A stretch of 64,000 bases of DNA, taken from contig OZ316897.1 in assembly GCA_973895155.1 (NCBI GenBank), positions 10,997,832 through 11,061,831 of the forward strand, given 5' to 3'. Positions 50,801 through 63,128 of this stretch are shown piece after piece. The stretch's first letter is position 1, and every line of letters begins with the position of its first letter. Position numbers and translations under genes: made by a program. This stretch comes from Marsupella aquatica (Eukaryota > Plantae > Marchantiophyta). A model generated the notes under the pieces. That model did no database searches. It was not told the origin of the DNA and saw only the letters and a program-made list of their open reading frames with translations.

Positions 50801-51826
50801 CTGATGTTCGGGAAGCAGGTACTTTTGCGGCTGGCTGGATCTGGGCTGACAATAGGGAGAGATTGATCCACTTTGCTCTCCCCAATGCCAGGGTTTATCA
50901 ACTGCTCCGCACGAAGGGCAATGAATTCAACAGACTTAACAGAATTTGGTCCTTACAGCTTTCTGACCGGGAATGGAGCCACCTTTTGCACTCAATGTGG
51001 TCTTCTGATATTCCTTCAAAGTCTCGCACTTTTCTGTGGCGAGTGATTGCACAGGGACTGTTCACTAACGTCCGGGCTTCCAAAATGGGGAAAAGTGATG
51101 GTACCTGTGGTCTGTGCAGCTCTCTGCCTGAGACCATTCCACACATTTTCTTCACATGTACGTTTGCATGCAAAGCATGGGAACTAGTTGCCCGGACTTT
51201 TCCGGATCTGATCACTTGGCCTACCATGGGTCTGAAAGCTCTGATGGACGCTTTCTCTGGACACAGTCTTGCACGTTCATTGATAATCTTTATGGTGTAT
51301 CATGTTCTTTGGCACTTGTGGCTAGCACGGAATGACAGTGTCTTCAATAATGGTAGAAGGTGCAGCTTTGACCTGCTTAGGATATTTTCGGAGATAATTG
51401 ACCAGCTTCATGGCCTGTGTGAGGACTCTGGCCCCAGCAACCGGCGCACTCGGTTGCTGCGGACTAAGGAGGAAACTATTAAGGAACGCTTGATTTGGGT
51501 TCCCCGTCCGGAGGCTAGATTCTCAGTATCTTAGTTTTTAGTTCCTTAGTTCCTTCTCTTAGTCTCTCCGGGCTTAGGGCTTCTGCCCTTCTTGGTTCTC
51601 GCATCTTGGTTGGGTTCCCTGGCTGTGACTTGCTGGCGGAACTGGGAACTGGTGACCGTCATCTTCTGAGGGACTATGGGCAGACTGGTTCTAGAAGTAG
51701 CTTTGCGTTGCTTATCTTTGTCTTTCACTCCCTTGGCTTTTGGCCTTCCCTTTTGAGGGTCTCATTGTTGCCTTTTGGCCCCCTTTCCCGTAGGGTTTTG
51801 CGGGTTTTTTAAAAAAAAAAAAAAAA
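47854..51826 (+). mobile_element. 5'-truncated L1-type LINE #2
   Basis: Poly(A) at 51811-51826. TSD GATATATGTGCTTCT at 47839-47853 and 51827-51841. Confidence 0.95.
47916..51534 (+). pseudogene. L1 #2 ORF2 (APE endonuclease, RT, zf-RVT)
   Basis: 'GDFN..SRLDRFY..SDH', 'GVRQGCPLSP..FADD..KYLG', 'CGLC..ETIPHIFFTC'. One frameshift (~48930) and one stop (49998). Confidence 0.95.
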
Positions 51827-53202
51827 GATATATGTGCTTCTAGCTAACTCAATACATAACAAAGTATGCTAGGTACGGTTGCCTAGCTATGGGAAGGGAT
51901 AATTTAACAAAGATTCATACCTGGAAGATCATGTATGGTCCACATAAGAATGGCCTTCAACTTAAATTCTCGACGTAAGCCCCCCGTTTGCACTCGACCA
52001 TCATAGCAATCCACACCACTCCAAAGCTTTTGTAGCTCCTCAATCAATGGTTGCAAGTACACATCAATTTTTTTCACTTGCTTAGGACCAGGGATAATCA
52101 TGGAAAGGAGCAAATGACCCTTCTTCATGGACATCCATGGAGGGATGTTGTAATTAGTAAGGACCACTGGCCATAGTGAATATGGTTGGGCCTTACCTGC
52201 TAGTGCAAATGGGCTGATGCCATCCGCTGCCAATCCTAGGCGAACATGACGTGGGTCAGTTTGGAACTCACCCCATCTCTTCTCCACAAACTTGTTTGCA
52301 GGGGAGTCAACCATCATGCGCATGGTGGGTGGTTGTGAACTCATATCTGAGCGATTTTGGGAATGCCAAACCATATACTCAGCCAACTCAGCACATCTAT
52401 ATTGGTGGCGCAAACGAGGTATAAGAGGAAAGTACCTCATGACCTTTTGAGGAACTTTTCCCGTCAACATGTCCTCACGATACCTCGGCTTCTCACATGT
52501 AGGACATGACGTTGCATCTTTATAAGTGCCTCTAAACAGAACGCAATCATTCACGCAAGCATGTATGACTTCGTACTGCAGACCTATGGACTTCAACACC
52601 TTCTTTGCCTCTTTCCAAGAGTCTGGCAAGTTGTTTCCTTCTGGCAAGATACAATCATGCAATGTCCGAAAGAGATCATCAAGAAGTAGGTTGCTTGCTC
52701 CATGTCTTTGCTGCAAGTTCAACAACAACATTATTGCTGAAAGACGAGACAAGCGTGATCCATCAAATATCCGAGTTTGCGCATGTTGACGTGCTTCCTC
52801 CCACTGTTTGGAGGCTGAACTCCTTGAACCTTCTTGATGTGGAAGTGGGACCTCAATGTTCTCCCCATCAGCCATGTCATGATCACCATCCTCTATGTCA
52901 TAGAATTGGTACATCAAGTCATCCATGGCCCTATCTTCATCAACTCTTGATTGGGAGGCATCTGGTTCCTGCTTTGGAACATCTGGATCGCCATCTGGTG
53001 GTAGAGAGGCATGTCGCCAATCTTCCATGGCCTGCACAAGGTGTTGGCGCATAGCTCGTGGTAACACCCCAACATCCGGCTCAACATATGCATTCTATCA
53101 TACAACGCACAAACAGATATATACGTTTGAGTTAGCCCATGGGTTCCTAAAAAAACTACAATATTCTTATATTACTTCAAAAATGGGGAATACACATATG
53201 TG

Positions 53203-54165
53203 CTAAGTGTGGCCAGATCGAATGCCCATCGTGGGTGCGTTCCATTCATAGTCACAAAACAACTCATCACCCGCCCTAATGGTCCGTATGGCTACTATCA
53301 TAACATGATCATCCATATGTGTGACATAGTAAGGCGGAGTGGGTGGGCCAAAAATCTGAGCCCACTCTACATTAGGCTGGAGTCCACTCCCTCTACCATG
53401 TGTACTATTGATGTACCCAGCTATGTTATCTGAACGGACAGGGTCCCCATCAATCATCCTACAATGCCAAGGCCTCCTTAGGACCTCATCTGGGTCTGAG
53501 TCCATCTGCAATGCATATACTCCCCAAGCTGGATGTTGGCGCAAGAGGATGTTCCAACTCTTGGATGTATACACAAGCCCAATGTAAGGGAAAAGGTGTT
53601 CCCCATCATAGCCACGACGCCAAGGCTTTGGAGGGACCTCAATGTCCTCCAAAGCAAATAAGCCTAACCCAACCTCCCCGCCAAGGGTCGATGCCTTCAC
53701 TATCCATTGCCGACCCCATATATGTACAGGGATGTCAATGGCTAGGCCACGAGGAATCGCAAAACTCTCAGGGTCAAAATCCTTGAAGACACTGATTGCC
53801 TTTCCCGTCACATATGACAAGCCCAACCTCCCTTCAACTTCTATGTACTCCTCCCCTGGTGGAGGCATAACACTCCTTCTAAAGTGCTCATGGGATGGGT
53901 CTATGTCTAGAACTACATGCTGTTGTCGACGTCTATGAGAACGTTGTCTTGTGCGTAGAACCCTAGTAGGGGGCGGTGCATCATCCCTACCATGCCCCAA
54001 CTCTACCACTATGGGTTCATGAACAACATCTGCCTGAACATGTGCGGGGGTACATGATTGCTCGGGGTCTTCAACTGATGATGCAAGCAACTGTCTAGCA
54101 CCAGCTAGGAATGCATCATGCCATAGTTGACTAGAGACCAATGGAGGATGGGCCCTACAACGCAC
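53203..54165 (-). CDS. SET-domain exon of CACTA-2
   Basis: Open 320-codon frame from a phase-0 acceptor TAG|GTG. Motifs 'ASTLGGEVGLGLFA', 'LFPYIG', 'NIAGYINS', 'VAIRTIRAGDELFCDY'. Confidence 0.85.
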   Translation of the reverse strand: MRCRAHPPLVSSQLWHDAFLAGARQLLASSVEDPEQSCTPAHVQADVVHEPIVVELGHGRDDAPPPTRVLRTRQRSHRRRQQHVVLDIDPSHEHFRRSVMPPPGEEYIEVEGRLGLSYVTGKAISVFKDFDPESFAIPRGLAIDIPVHIWGRQWIVKASTLGGEVGLGLFALEDIEVPPKPWRRGYDGEHLFPYIGLVYTSKSWNILLRQHPAWGVYALQMDSDPDEVLRRPWHCRMIDGDPVRSDNIAGYINSTHGRGSGLQPNVEWAQIFGPPTPPYYVTHMDDHVMIVAIRTIRAGDELFCDYEWNAPTMGIRSGHT

Positions 54166-54275
54166 CTATTCAATCATAAACAAACAAAAATTAATACTTG
54201 TCTCCTAAAAGGTCTCAAACCAGCCAACTATTATGATAGTGTATCATATATAGCGGAGTTCATGTCAAGCAATAC

Positions 54276-54506
54276 CTGGCGAGCTGAATATCCCGATAAA
54301 TCACCCTCATGTCGACCATAGTTTTTGATGTGTTCAATGGACTGCCATGCTTGACGAACCACCAGTCCTTTACATCTAAGACACCAGCATGGAATAGGGC
54401 CTAATGGAGGGGGTGCTCGAGGCTGTTGAGGGGGAGGAGGAATGTCCCCCTGAGAGGAAGACAAGTCAGAGTCGGAATCTGTATCCAAACTCTCAGAAGT
54501 CGACAT
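54276..54506 (-). CDS. CACTA-2 first coding exon (CxCxxC..H domain)
   Basis: 'PCWCLRC..EHIKNYGRH', ending at a phase-0 donor CAG|GTATTG. Confidence 0.75.
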
Positions 54507-55019
54507 TGTCTGCCAATTACACACAAACAAGTCTTTACCAAAATGCAAGATTGATTCATCACCCTAACTTGAGGTAAACCCAAACAGGAAATATATAGTA
54601 TGTTAATAATTTGCAGTGTTGGACTTAATTAGTACCTAAATGATATCCGCGCTCTACAGTGCCTACTAGGCTCTAAGCCTTAGACTATATGCTAAGGCCA
54701 ATCCAAAAAACCTGCACATACAAGCTAGGTGGGGAAGTTGAAAGATGAGATGACATACATGCAAACCTAAGTAACAAACCAATAATTAATGAAATTAATA
54801 AAAATCAATGACGAGTTGGATGTCCAATTATAAACTCCCACAAGTAACGCATATATCATGTCAAATATTTCCAATACATTTTGGAGGATCATATATGTCA
54901 TACCTTTTGGATGCACGTTGTCGTGATAATTCAACTATTCATGATGAAATCATTACCACTAAGTATATAGATTAGATTTATATTTTGTTACGGAATAACT
55001 AAATAATTTGACTATTACG

Positions 55020-55290
55020 TATGTGCATGCAAGGTAAGCAACTATGCAAACCACAAGTTGCATGTACAAATTGTTTTATTTGCATGCAATAATCGTTTTA
55101 TGTGCATGCAAGGTGAGCAAATGTGCAAGCCACAAGGTGCATGCACAAATTGTTTTAGATGCATGCAAATTGTTTTATTTGCATACATTAGTTGTTTTAT
55201 GCGCATGCAAGGTGAGCAAATGTGCAAGCCACAAGGTGCATGCATGCACACATTGTTTTAGGTGCATGCATTAGTTGTTTTACTTGCATG
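55020..55290. repeat. GCATGCA-rich tandem repeat inside CACTA-2
   Basis: Duplicated ~120-bp unit containing GCATGCAAGGTGAGCAAATGTGCAAGCCACAAGGTGCATGCA. Confidence 0.8.
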
Positions 55291-57281
55291 CATTATTTGT
55301 TTTGATTGCAATAGTACTAGCACACATTCCTACGTTGGATGTGTGCCACTTGGCTTTCATCCAAGCGTTTGGGCGTAATCCATGCCCTCTTGGATTCAAT
55401 ATAAATAAAGTGGTGAGGGGCACTCTCTCCTCATTTCCACATTTTGATAATTTTTGCGTCGAAGCGATCCTCTTTCTTATCTCATCTTTTTCTTCTATTC
55501 TTTGCCTTATGTACATAGTAACTGTGGGGCATCCTTTGGCCCGGATAGCAAAGGAATGAGTGGTAGACTTATAGATGGGACCTTAGGGAACAAGGTCTCT
55601 TTGGGAACTTAGGGGTGGGGCATCCTTTGGCCCGGATAGCAAAGGAACAAGAGAGTCATTATGAATCCAGGAGGGAGAGATATCCTTAATCTTCCCCTTC
55701 GTAACCCATTTTTGGTTAGAGTCCATCTTTTAGACAAGCCATCCATGAGGCAGCATTTAACTTATCACTTTGGAGCTCAATTTGCAGCTGCTGTTATGAG
55801 TTCTAATGAGCCAATAGTATACCCAGTAGTGTCTTATCGAGAGGAGTGGGAGTGCATTATCTTTGTCCTTTATTGAAGTCATGGATCTAAATAGGAGTCC
55901 AGATGACATTCCTATCTCATTTTCTCTTGGAGATATTAGGATTGTATGTCGTAGAAAAATTAGTTTTCGAGATGTGTTGATCCGCAAGTATGGTGAAGTA
56001 GGATTTAATAGTATATTAGTTTCACCTGAACCTTTCTTAATACCCACCACCCTTCTTACAAGAGTTATCATTTTGGTTTTAGTGTAGAACTTATGGGCAT
56101 GCAAAGTTGACTTCATAAGAGCCAACATGCTCTTACCAGAAAACACGGTCACCCGGACACCGTCATAGTGGTGGAGGTGAGACTCGGCCTGAGGGGGGTA
56201 GTGGTGGTGGTGCTGGAGGGGCTTCTTTCCACACTTGTGTCGGGGAAGGAGTGCCTTCCCATGGTTCAGGCGCATCTGGAGGTAGGGGAGTACCAGAGAT
56301 TGCTTCTGCACCTCATCCACATGACGATGGAGGCAGATCAGATAGCCACGACCATGATGTGCTACCTGGTGTGTCAGCGGTAGAGACTCATAGAGCAGAG
56401 CAGCCTAGTCGTTCCCGTGTGAAGAAGAGGAAGACGCGACATAGCTTGTATGGATAGTGGACTAGGTAGACATGTATAGATCTAGTACCAGGCTAGCGAG
56501 GTGGATAGTTGGAGGGCATTATGTCCATTTGATATGCCCAGCCTTTAGCATAGCTGGCACTATGCATGGAGATGTTCTCCATTTTTTGTACTTTTGCCCT
56601 CGATATTTCATTTTTGTATATAAGATATAGTTACGCCGTGTCATGCCCGGGTTTCAAGGTACATAGTGTGCAATCAAAATTGATAGTCTCTCTTGACTAA
56701 ATGACCTCTCTAAACCCTAGATAAAACATCAGTTAAAGAATTAAATTGCACCCCAATTAAACCCCCAATTAGCCCCCCATTTAAAATAGGGCCAATCAAG
56801 CTCGCCAAATAGTTTCCGGGTAGATACCGATCCATATCCGATGCCACAATCATCGTACTTTTCCATCCCAAACGTATCGCAAAGTCCGATTCTACTATAA
56901 TCGCAATTTCCGTTCCAAATAATATTGGACATTTCCGATGTTAAACCCATCGGTCATTTCCATGTCCAGAATATCGGTCTAGGATCGGATGCCTCCACTA
57001 ACAGAAAATGCATGAAACAGATATCCGATTACGCGGGCATCGGACATAGTGTTTCCCGACAGTTTAGGCGACGGAACTCCCGAATGTTTTGGTATCGGTA
57101 GTTCCGATTAGTTTCCGATTGTCGTTTTCCGATAAAATTTATATCGGAAATTGCGATTCTTTTGGTATCGGATAGGTGAGATTTCCGCGTCGGATTTCCT
57201 GAAGGCGTCCGATCTAAATACAATCGGTAAAATGCCTCAAAATGTACTAGTGTTGCTCTACCATTTTTGGATTGATTGTAG

Positions 57282-59033
57282 GGAGAGGAGAAATAATGTT
57301 ACAAAAACATCGAGAGCAACAATCGAAAGAGCGGGAAAAACTAGCAAAGCATCGAAAGAAATGTTTCACAAACCCAGAAAAATATTTGGGAGTTGTGATT
57401 GACGGAATGGATCAAAAAAAGACTAGATAATTACCCCATTGGCCACGTCCTCCAAAATCCGTTGATGAGTCCTGTTTAATCCAAATGCATGTGGTTGGTT
57501 GTCTTCTTTTCCACGGAGCACTATTTTCTAGGGTGTTCCTTAATTATCCAGTTCTCCATAATGATGGAAATCTTACCATTACTATTTTACAAAGAGTATT
57601 CCTAGAATATCAAGAGAAGTATGGGGGCCTTCCACCAGTTTTTTACCTTCAACTTGACAATACAAGTAGGGAAAACAAAAACAATTTACTTTTCACATAT
57701 CTTCACATGCTCGTACAAAAAAAAGTATTTCGAAAAATCAAACTTGGATTCCTTTTAGTTGGACACACCCATGATCAAATAGATCAGATGTTTAGTAGGT
57801 TCTCAAAAAGGCTTGGAAGATTTAAGGCCTTTACCTATGATAGTTTATGTAAGATTATTCGAGAATCTTACCAACCCCAACCTGAAATTACCCTTTTAAA
57901 TGAGACATACGATTTTCAAAAATTTGCTTTCTCAGAGCCTGCTTTGATCAGAGAGAGGATCCGAAATGTTACGTTTCATCACCAGTATAAAATTTCTTTT
58001 GCTTGTGAAGATGATGAAGTTCCAACACAATGGGGGAAGAAATTTTCAACGGACACTATTTGGAAACCAGAAGGAGGTGTTAAATTGTTGAAAGAAGACA
58101 TGCCACCAAAGGTGATTGGGTGCTCTGATGGGATGCCACTTATCAAGAAAGGAGACAAGAAATGAGATGACGGAAGGGCGAGAAATCAAGCTCATGTATC
58201 ATCTTCAAGAAAAATGACCCTGTCCAAAATGGATGATTGTTTGAATGAAATTCAAAAAGGTATATTTGCAGCTCAGATATTACTCTTGGAAGAAGAAGTT
58301 GTTTGGTGAACTTCTTTTTTTGAGGAACAAAGAGAATTCAATCAATCTCTCTTGCTTGAAGAAAGACCTTTGATCTCTCCATTTGAATGGCCTAAGGCAC
58401 AAGGGGATACAAATGTTGAAGCTGATCTCGGAGCTGAACCTCTTACAACTATATTGAATGAGGAAGAAATTGAAGAGAGAGTGTACGGTCCAACTAGAGA
58501 AATTTATGTTGGTCCATATCGAAATCAAGAAAAGATAGATGCAGAGAAGGAGAATATGGGAAGGTGATTTTTTGGATTTGGAAATCAACACATTTATTTC
58601 TGTGGCCGGAGAGAAGTCTGAATCATTTTGGGTGGCTAAAGTAGAAAAAATAGTTCTTCGCGATGAGGCTCACATCCCAAAGATTATCTCAGTTTTGTGG
58701 CATGCAGCAAAGAAAGGATCCGACCCTTGGAAAGGAAAATATCTGCCAGAAGTGTTGAGTTACGAGAAGAAAAAAAGTGGACGAGGCAAGGGAACCTTGA
58801 AACCAGTTTGGTTTCATCAAGACCTTGATCTGTCTTCAACTAGGGTCTTTGCATATAATTTTATGCTAACAAGGTCTGATACTCTTTACAAAAAAACAAT
58901 AGATCATATTAAAATACGACTCTCAGAATTTCTCAAGGAGGAGAAAGACCAAGAAGGTGAAGGTAGCATAGTAAGAAATTATCAAGAAGAAACTTCAATG
59001 GAAGTTCCTCTAGAAATGAATGGTAGGAATTGA
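57282..59033 (+). pseudogene. Sola1/DUF7869-like transposase catalytic core and C-terminal beta-barrel domain
   Basis: Acceptor AG at 57281 keeps the frame (W-R-G-E-I-M-L-Q-K-H). Motifs 'YLGVVIDGMDQ', 'FYLQLDNTSRENKN', 'FLLVGHTHDQIDQMFSR'. Stops and frameshifts present. Confidence 0.85.
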
Positions 59034-60529
59034 GATTTACCAATCTTAGCAATTTTGTCAAACAAGAGTATTTGCAATTTATTATTATTTGAGTTGGTGG
59101 CCAACCATAAATGTTGTGAATGATGAATTCATGAATTCATGAATCATATTGAAAGAAGTTTGACATTTTGAGAATGTCCATCGTATGGGCAGTCTTGTTT
59201 GAGACATTCAGAAAACAAAATATCGACTAAAAGAGGTACCTTGTAGAATCTCATATATTTGGAAGCTTTTGATATATTTGTCATTCCCTTCGTGTGAATA
59301 ATGGTTTTTCTTGGTAAATGAACCCTAGGATCCTACAAACTGCAAAATCCTTCGGAAATCTTGACCCTCTTTTAAAAACTTTACATAGTTGGGATGCCAA
59401 TGAACTTTAGGGTGGTAATTCAAGGGTGAATGTGTTATTGAGCCGATTGAATGTCTGCAAGTAGTAAATTACAACATTGAAATATATGGTATTTGATAAT
59501 TAAATGTTTCCCACAACCAGTTTTGTGATTTTGAGTAGTCAAAATGATAGCCTATTTTGTGTTTTTTTGCAAGTTTTGAGTTCTTGCCAAAAAAAAAGCT
59601 TGTTTTAGATGCATTTTTTGCCTTTTTCCATATTTCCAATGTTTTTTATGATTAGTTCTTATACATTGGGCTTATTACCCATCCTTTAAGGCTTCGTGTT
59701 CTTAGCTGGTGCTCCAAAATGACTGAGTACACCATCCAAAAATGTAGCAGGAACTCCTCCACTGGCTTTGTCTGGCAACGCCACTAGCTCAATCCACTTG
59801 GAGAACACTAGTACATTTTTGATGACTTTCCGATACTCAAAATACGACTATTTTGTCATGTCCGAACCCGAGAGAATCGGACGCTGTCCGATACAAATAC
59901 CTTCGTAATGTTTGATGTGCGTCGCATCGGATTTAGTTAGTCCGATGTGTTTCCTAATGCAACCAATATCCCATATATGTTACTTCGGAAATTGTCCGAA
60001 ACAAAATGAATTGGACATTTGACCGGAAAAGTATTGTCAAAGGTCCGATCTTCAGGTTATCAGATACAATGTGCGTTATAGACAACATCGGACATTGTCC
60101 AATATTTATTACAACGGAGATGTGTTTCGTAATAGAATGCTACGGACGTAGGTTGCGTAAGGTAAAAAATTGGAAATATTTTCGAAGTGTTTAATATCGG
60201 ATCCCTATTTTGGAACATTGGACGAGGGGTCCGATGTTTCCAATATCGGATGTGGGTGTTCCGGTAGTTTTGATATCGGACAATTGCTGCAATTGAGCCT
60301 TTTGTGCTCCAATGCATATCCGATGCAAGTTTCATCGGATAGACCATTGGACACTAGTTATCTTGAGGTTCTTAGTTGAATGGGGTTGAGAGAAGTATTA
60401 GAGATACTTTATGGAATATGTTTTATGCAAGAGTGGACATTGAGAAACAAATATAGTGCCAAGAAATATATAATGTCGGGAAAATAAACACAAATATGGT
60501 AGGGGGCTAGCTATAGTTGCTACTTACTA

Positions 60530-63128
60530 GCTAAGTGGTGGAGGGGATGTCATCATCTTCCACTACAACTACGTTGGGTCTATCCTGGACTATGGATCAT
60601 GATCGAGGGATATATGGCATCACAATAGACCAATTTGAGTCATCTGGATAAGGTAGGTAAAAACATTGCTCAAGGTGATGTGGGAATGCAAACGGATCTG
60701 AAGACCTCCAATTTGAGTTGATAACACTTGTCTTCAATCGAGTAAATCCGCATGCATCATCTTCACATGTACGATTGTGGCCCACAAGATTCATCTTGAA
60801 CCATTTGCACTTCAATACCACTTCCTCCAAAGTAGTATGTGCATGGTACTTCACAGTTAGGATCTCCTCAATCTTTCCATAATGAGCAATAGTGGACCGA
60901 ATGGGATTCTTGTCCGATATGCTGCTCTGTGAATCCTGGGTGAACCAACCCATGACCCCACAATCTTGTGTAGTTGCCCTCTTCTCACCAAGTCGTTCCA
61001 CACGAAAGTGTCTTCCCTTGGACCACATGGCAGTCCGAGTTGTGACTATAAGTAGTGGACCATGCATGAACAAGGGTACGAAGCTTATCAGTCACCTCTG
61101 GATAATGCAATACACTCTCGCCTGTACCCACCAAGGCATCCACTTCTAACAACTTTGACTTCATGTATGGGTGAAACTTAGGAAATATCCGTGGTTGTTG
61201 ACTATTTTGCTTCTCCTCCTCATAAAATGATGTCCACTCCCCTACAACCTCTGGTGAGTTGTACAACATAAATGTTGTGAGTTGCAAACGCTCCGCTGAG
61301 CTTAAGAGATGCTCTTTTGATGCCCCAGTGAGTCTATCATCCTTATAGTCTGCCTCTCGTGCCGCCTCATCTATCCATCCCCTAGGAGCATTTGCGTCTA
61401 GTGTGGCAACTATGTTTGTACAATAAAACATACTTTATGCTCCAAGATGACGCTCTGCAATGCTACCTTCCACCCTAGTGCAATTAGAGACATACGATTT
61501 CATCACTCCCATATAACGCTCTACCCAATACATCCATTGACAATGCACTAGGCCTGCAATTGCAACCTCACGCACTAAATGTATGAGAAAATGAACCTGA
61601 CCATCAAAAAATGAGGGAGGGAGTGCCTTCTCCAAATTTCACACAACCTCTACTCCAAATGTCTCCATTGTGGCAATGTCATCCTCCCGTACCTCCTTTT
61701 GACACACCCATCTCAAAAGCTTGCCCAATAACCAAAGGGCATCTCAAAGTTCCTCACTACCCAACCCAATAATTTCAACTGGAATGACATGTTCAAGCAA
61801 CCGATGAAAATCATGTGTTTTCAAGTAAGATGGCCATTTTGGAGAATCATCTCCGCCAAATGCTTTCCGGAGATTTGCCCCATAACCTGTGGGAAACCTC
61901 ATTGATCTGATACGTCTGCAAAACTCAGTGCGCTCTGCCCTACTCAAAACCCAAGGAGGATGGATGTTGGGGGGGTCACTAGGGTGGTCCAAAGATGGCC
62001 AAAAACCAAGAAGACCATGCATCCCCATCTCCTCACAACTTTCTCTCCAATTGTGGTTCTTCTCCCCATATAGATGACGAATCAATGATCTGCCCACATT
62101 CCCCTCAATGTGCATCGGATCTAACAAGTGATTAATGGGCAACTCTGACCAATATGGCAATTGTGACAATGCAGACAAACGGGTCATGCCACATTGGAGA
62201 ATTTGTAATGGATCATCTGGGTCTTGAACTCTTTCCCATACCTCTCTCCAATATGTTGGATCCTTTTGCTGAGGTTGAGGACGAGTATCGGGTTGGCCAT
62301 CATTAGTATCATACAAGAAATGATCAGTCCTCCAAGGATGGTCTTCTGGAAGATATTTGGTATGGCCAATGTAAACTATCTTACGCAAAGTAGTTGACTT
62401 GCGTCTTGCCACACCCTCCAAATCTGGTCCGGACAAAGGGCAAGCTCTATAGCCTGATGTTTGCAATCCAGAGATATATCCAAACCCTACGCTTGATCAA
62501 TACACAACCAACCAATGAAAGTAAGTTAAATGATACAAATTATAACCAACAATTAATAATTAATAAGCATGGTGTAAATAGATAGCAATGGAAATAAGGG
62601 TTTAATACCCTACCTGGAAAATCATGCATGGTCCACATAAGAATGGCCTTCATGGTAAATATGTGGGATAAACCTCCAGTGTTGTCACGTCCGTCATAAT
62701 AATCCCCCGAACAATCCACCCCTCTCCAAAGTTTCAAAAGCTCATCAATCAAGGGTTGCAAGTAAATGTCAATCTTTTTTACTTGCTTAGGACCAGGGAT
62801 GATCATTGAGAGTAGTAGATGACCTTTCTTCATGGCCATCCATGGAGGGATATATTGTAGTTTGTGAGAACAACAGGCTATAGTGAATATGGATTAGCTT
62901 TACCTACTAATGCAAAATGACTGATACCATCTGCTGCCAAGCCAAGTCAAATATGTCGCGGGTCTCAGTTTTGAATTCACCCCATCTGCCCTCTACAAAT
63001 TGATTGGCAAGAGAGTCTACCATCATCCGCATGGTACTAGAGTATGTACCCATATCCGAACGATGTTGTGAGTGCCAGACCATATACTCAGCCAACTCTG
63101 CACAACGATATTGATGGCGCAATCGAGG
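60530..63128 (-). pseudogene. CACTA-3 transposase, decayed, N-terminal part deleted
   Basis: Fragments 63122-62907, 62839-62540, 62466-61744, 61635-61435, 61431-60985, 61073-60597. Confidence 0.9.

Larger units (their letters stand above)
45840..53094 (-). pseudogene. CACTA-2 TnpD-type transposase body (two exons; L1 #2 in the intron)
   Basis: ORFs 53067-51904 and 47639-45840 carry the same motifs as CACTA-1. Frameshift at ~47630. Confidence 0.92.
45031..57252 (-). mobile_element. CACTA element 2, inserted in an intron of the Sola-like transposase
   Basis: Right terminus TGTACTAGTG, degenerate left terminus CAGTGGTACA. TSD TTG at 45028-45030 and 57253-57255. Subterminal ATCGGA/TCCGAT repeats. 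Confidence 0.88.

Noticed and set aside
55042-55274. Cys/His-rich ORFs resembling zinc fingers
   Set aside because: Translations of the TGCATGCA tandem repeat on both strands.
55524-55647. 33-bp direct repeat GTGGGGCATCCTTTGGCCCGGATAGCAAAGGAA
   Set aside because: Only two copies about 90 bp apart. It looks like a local duplication with no further structure.
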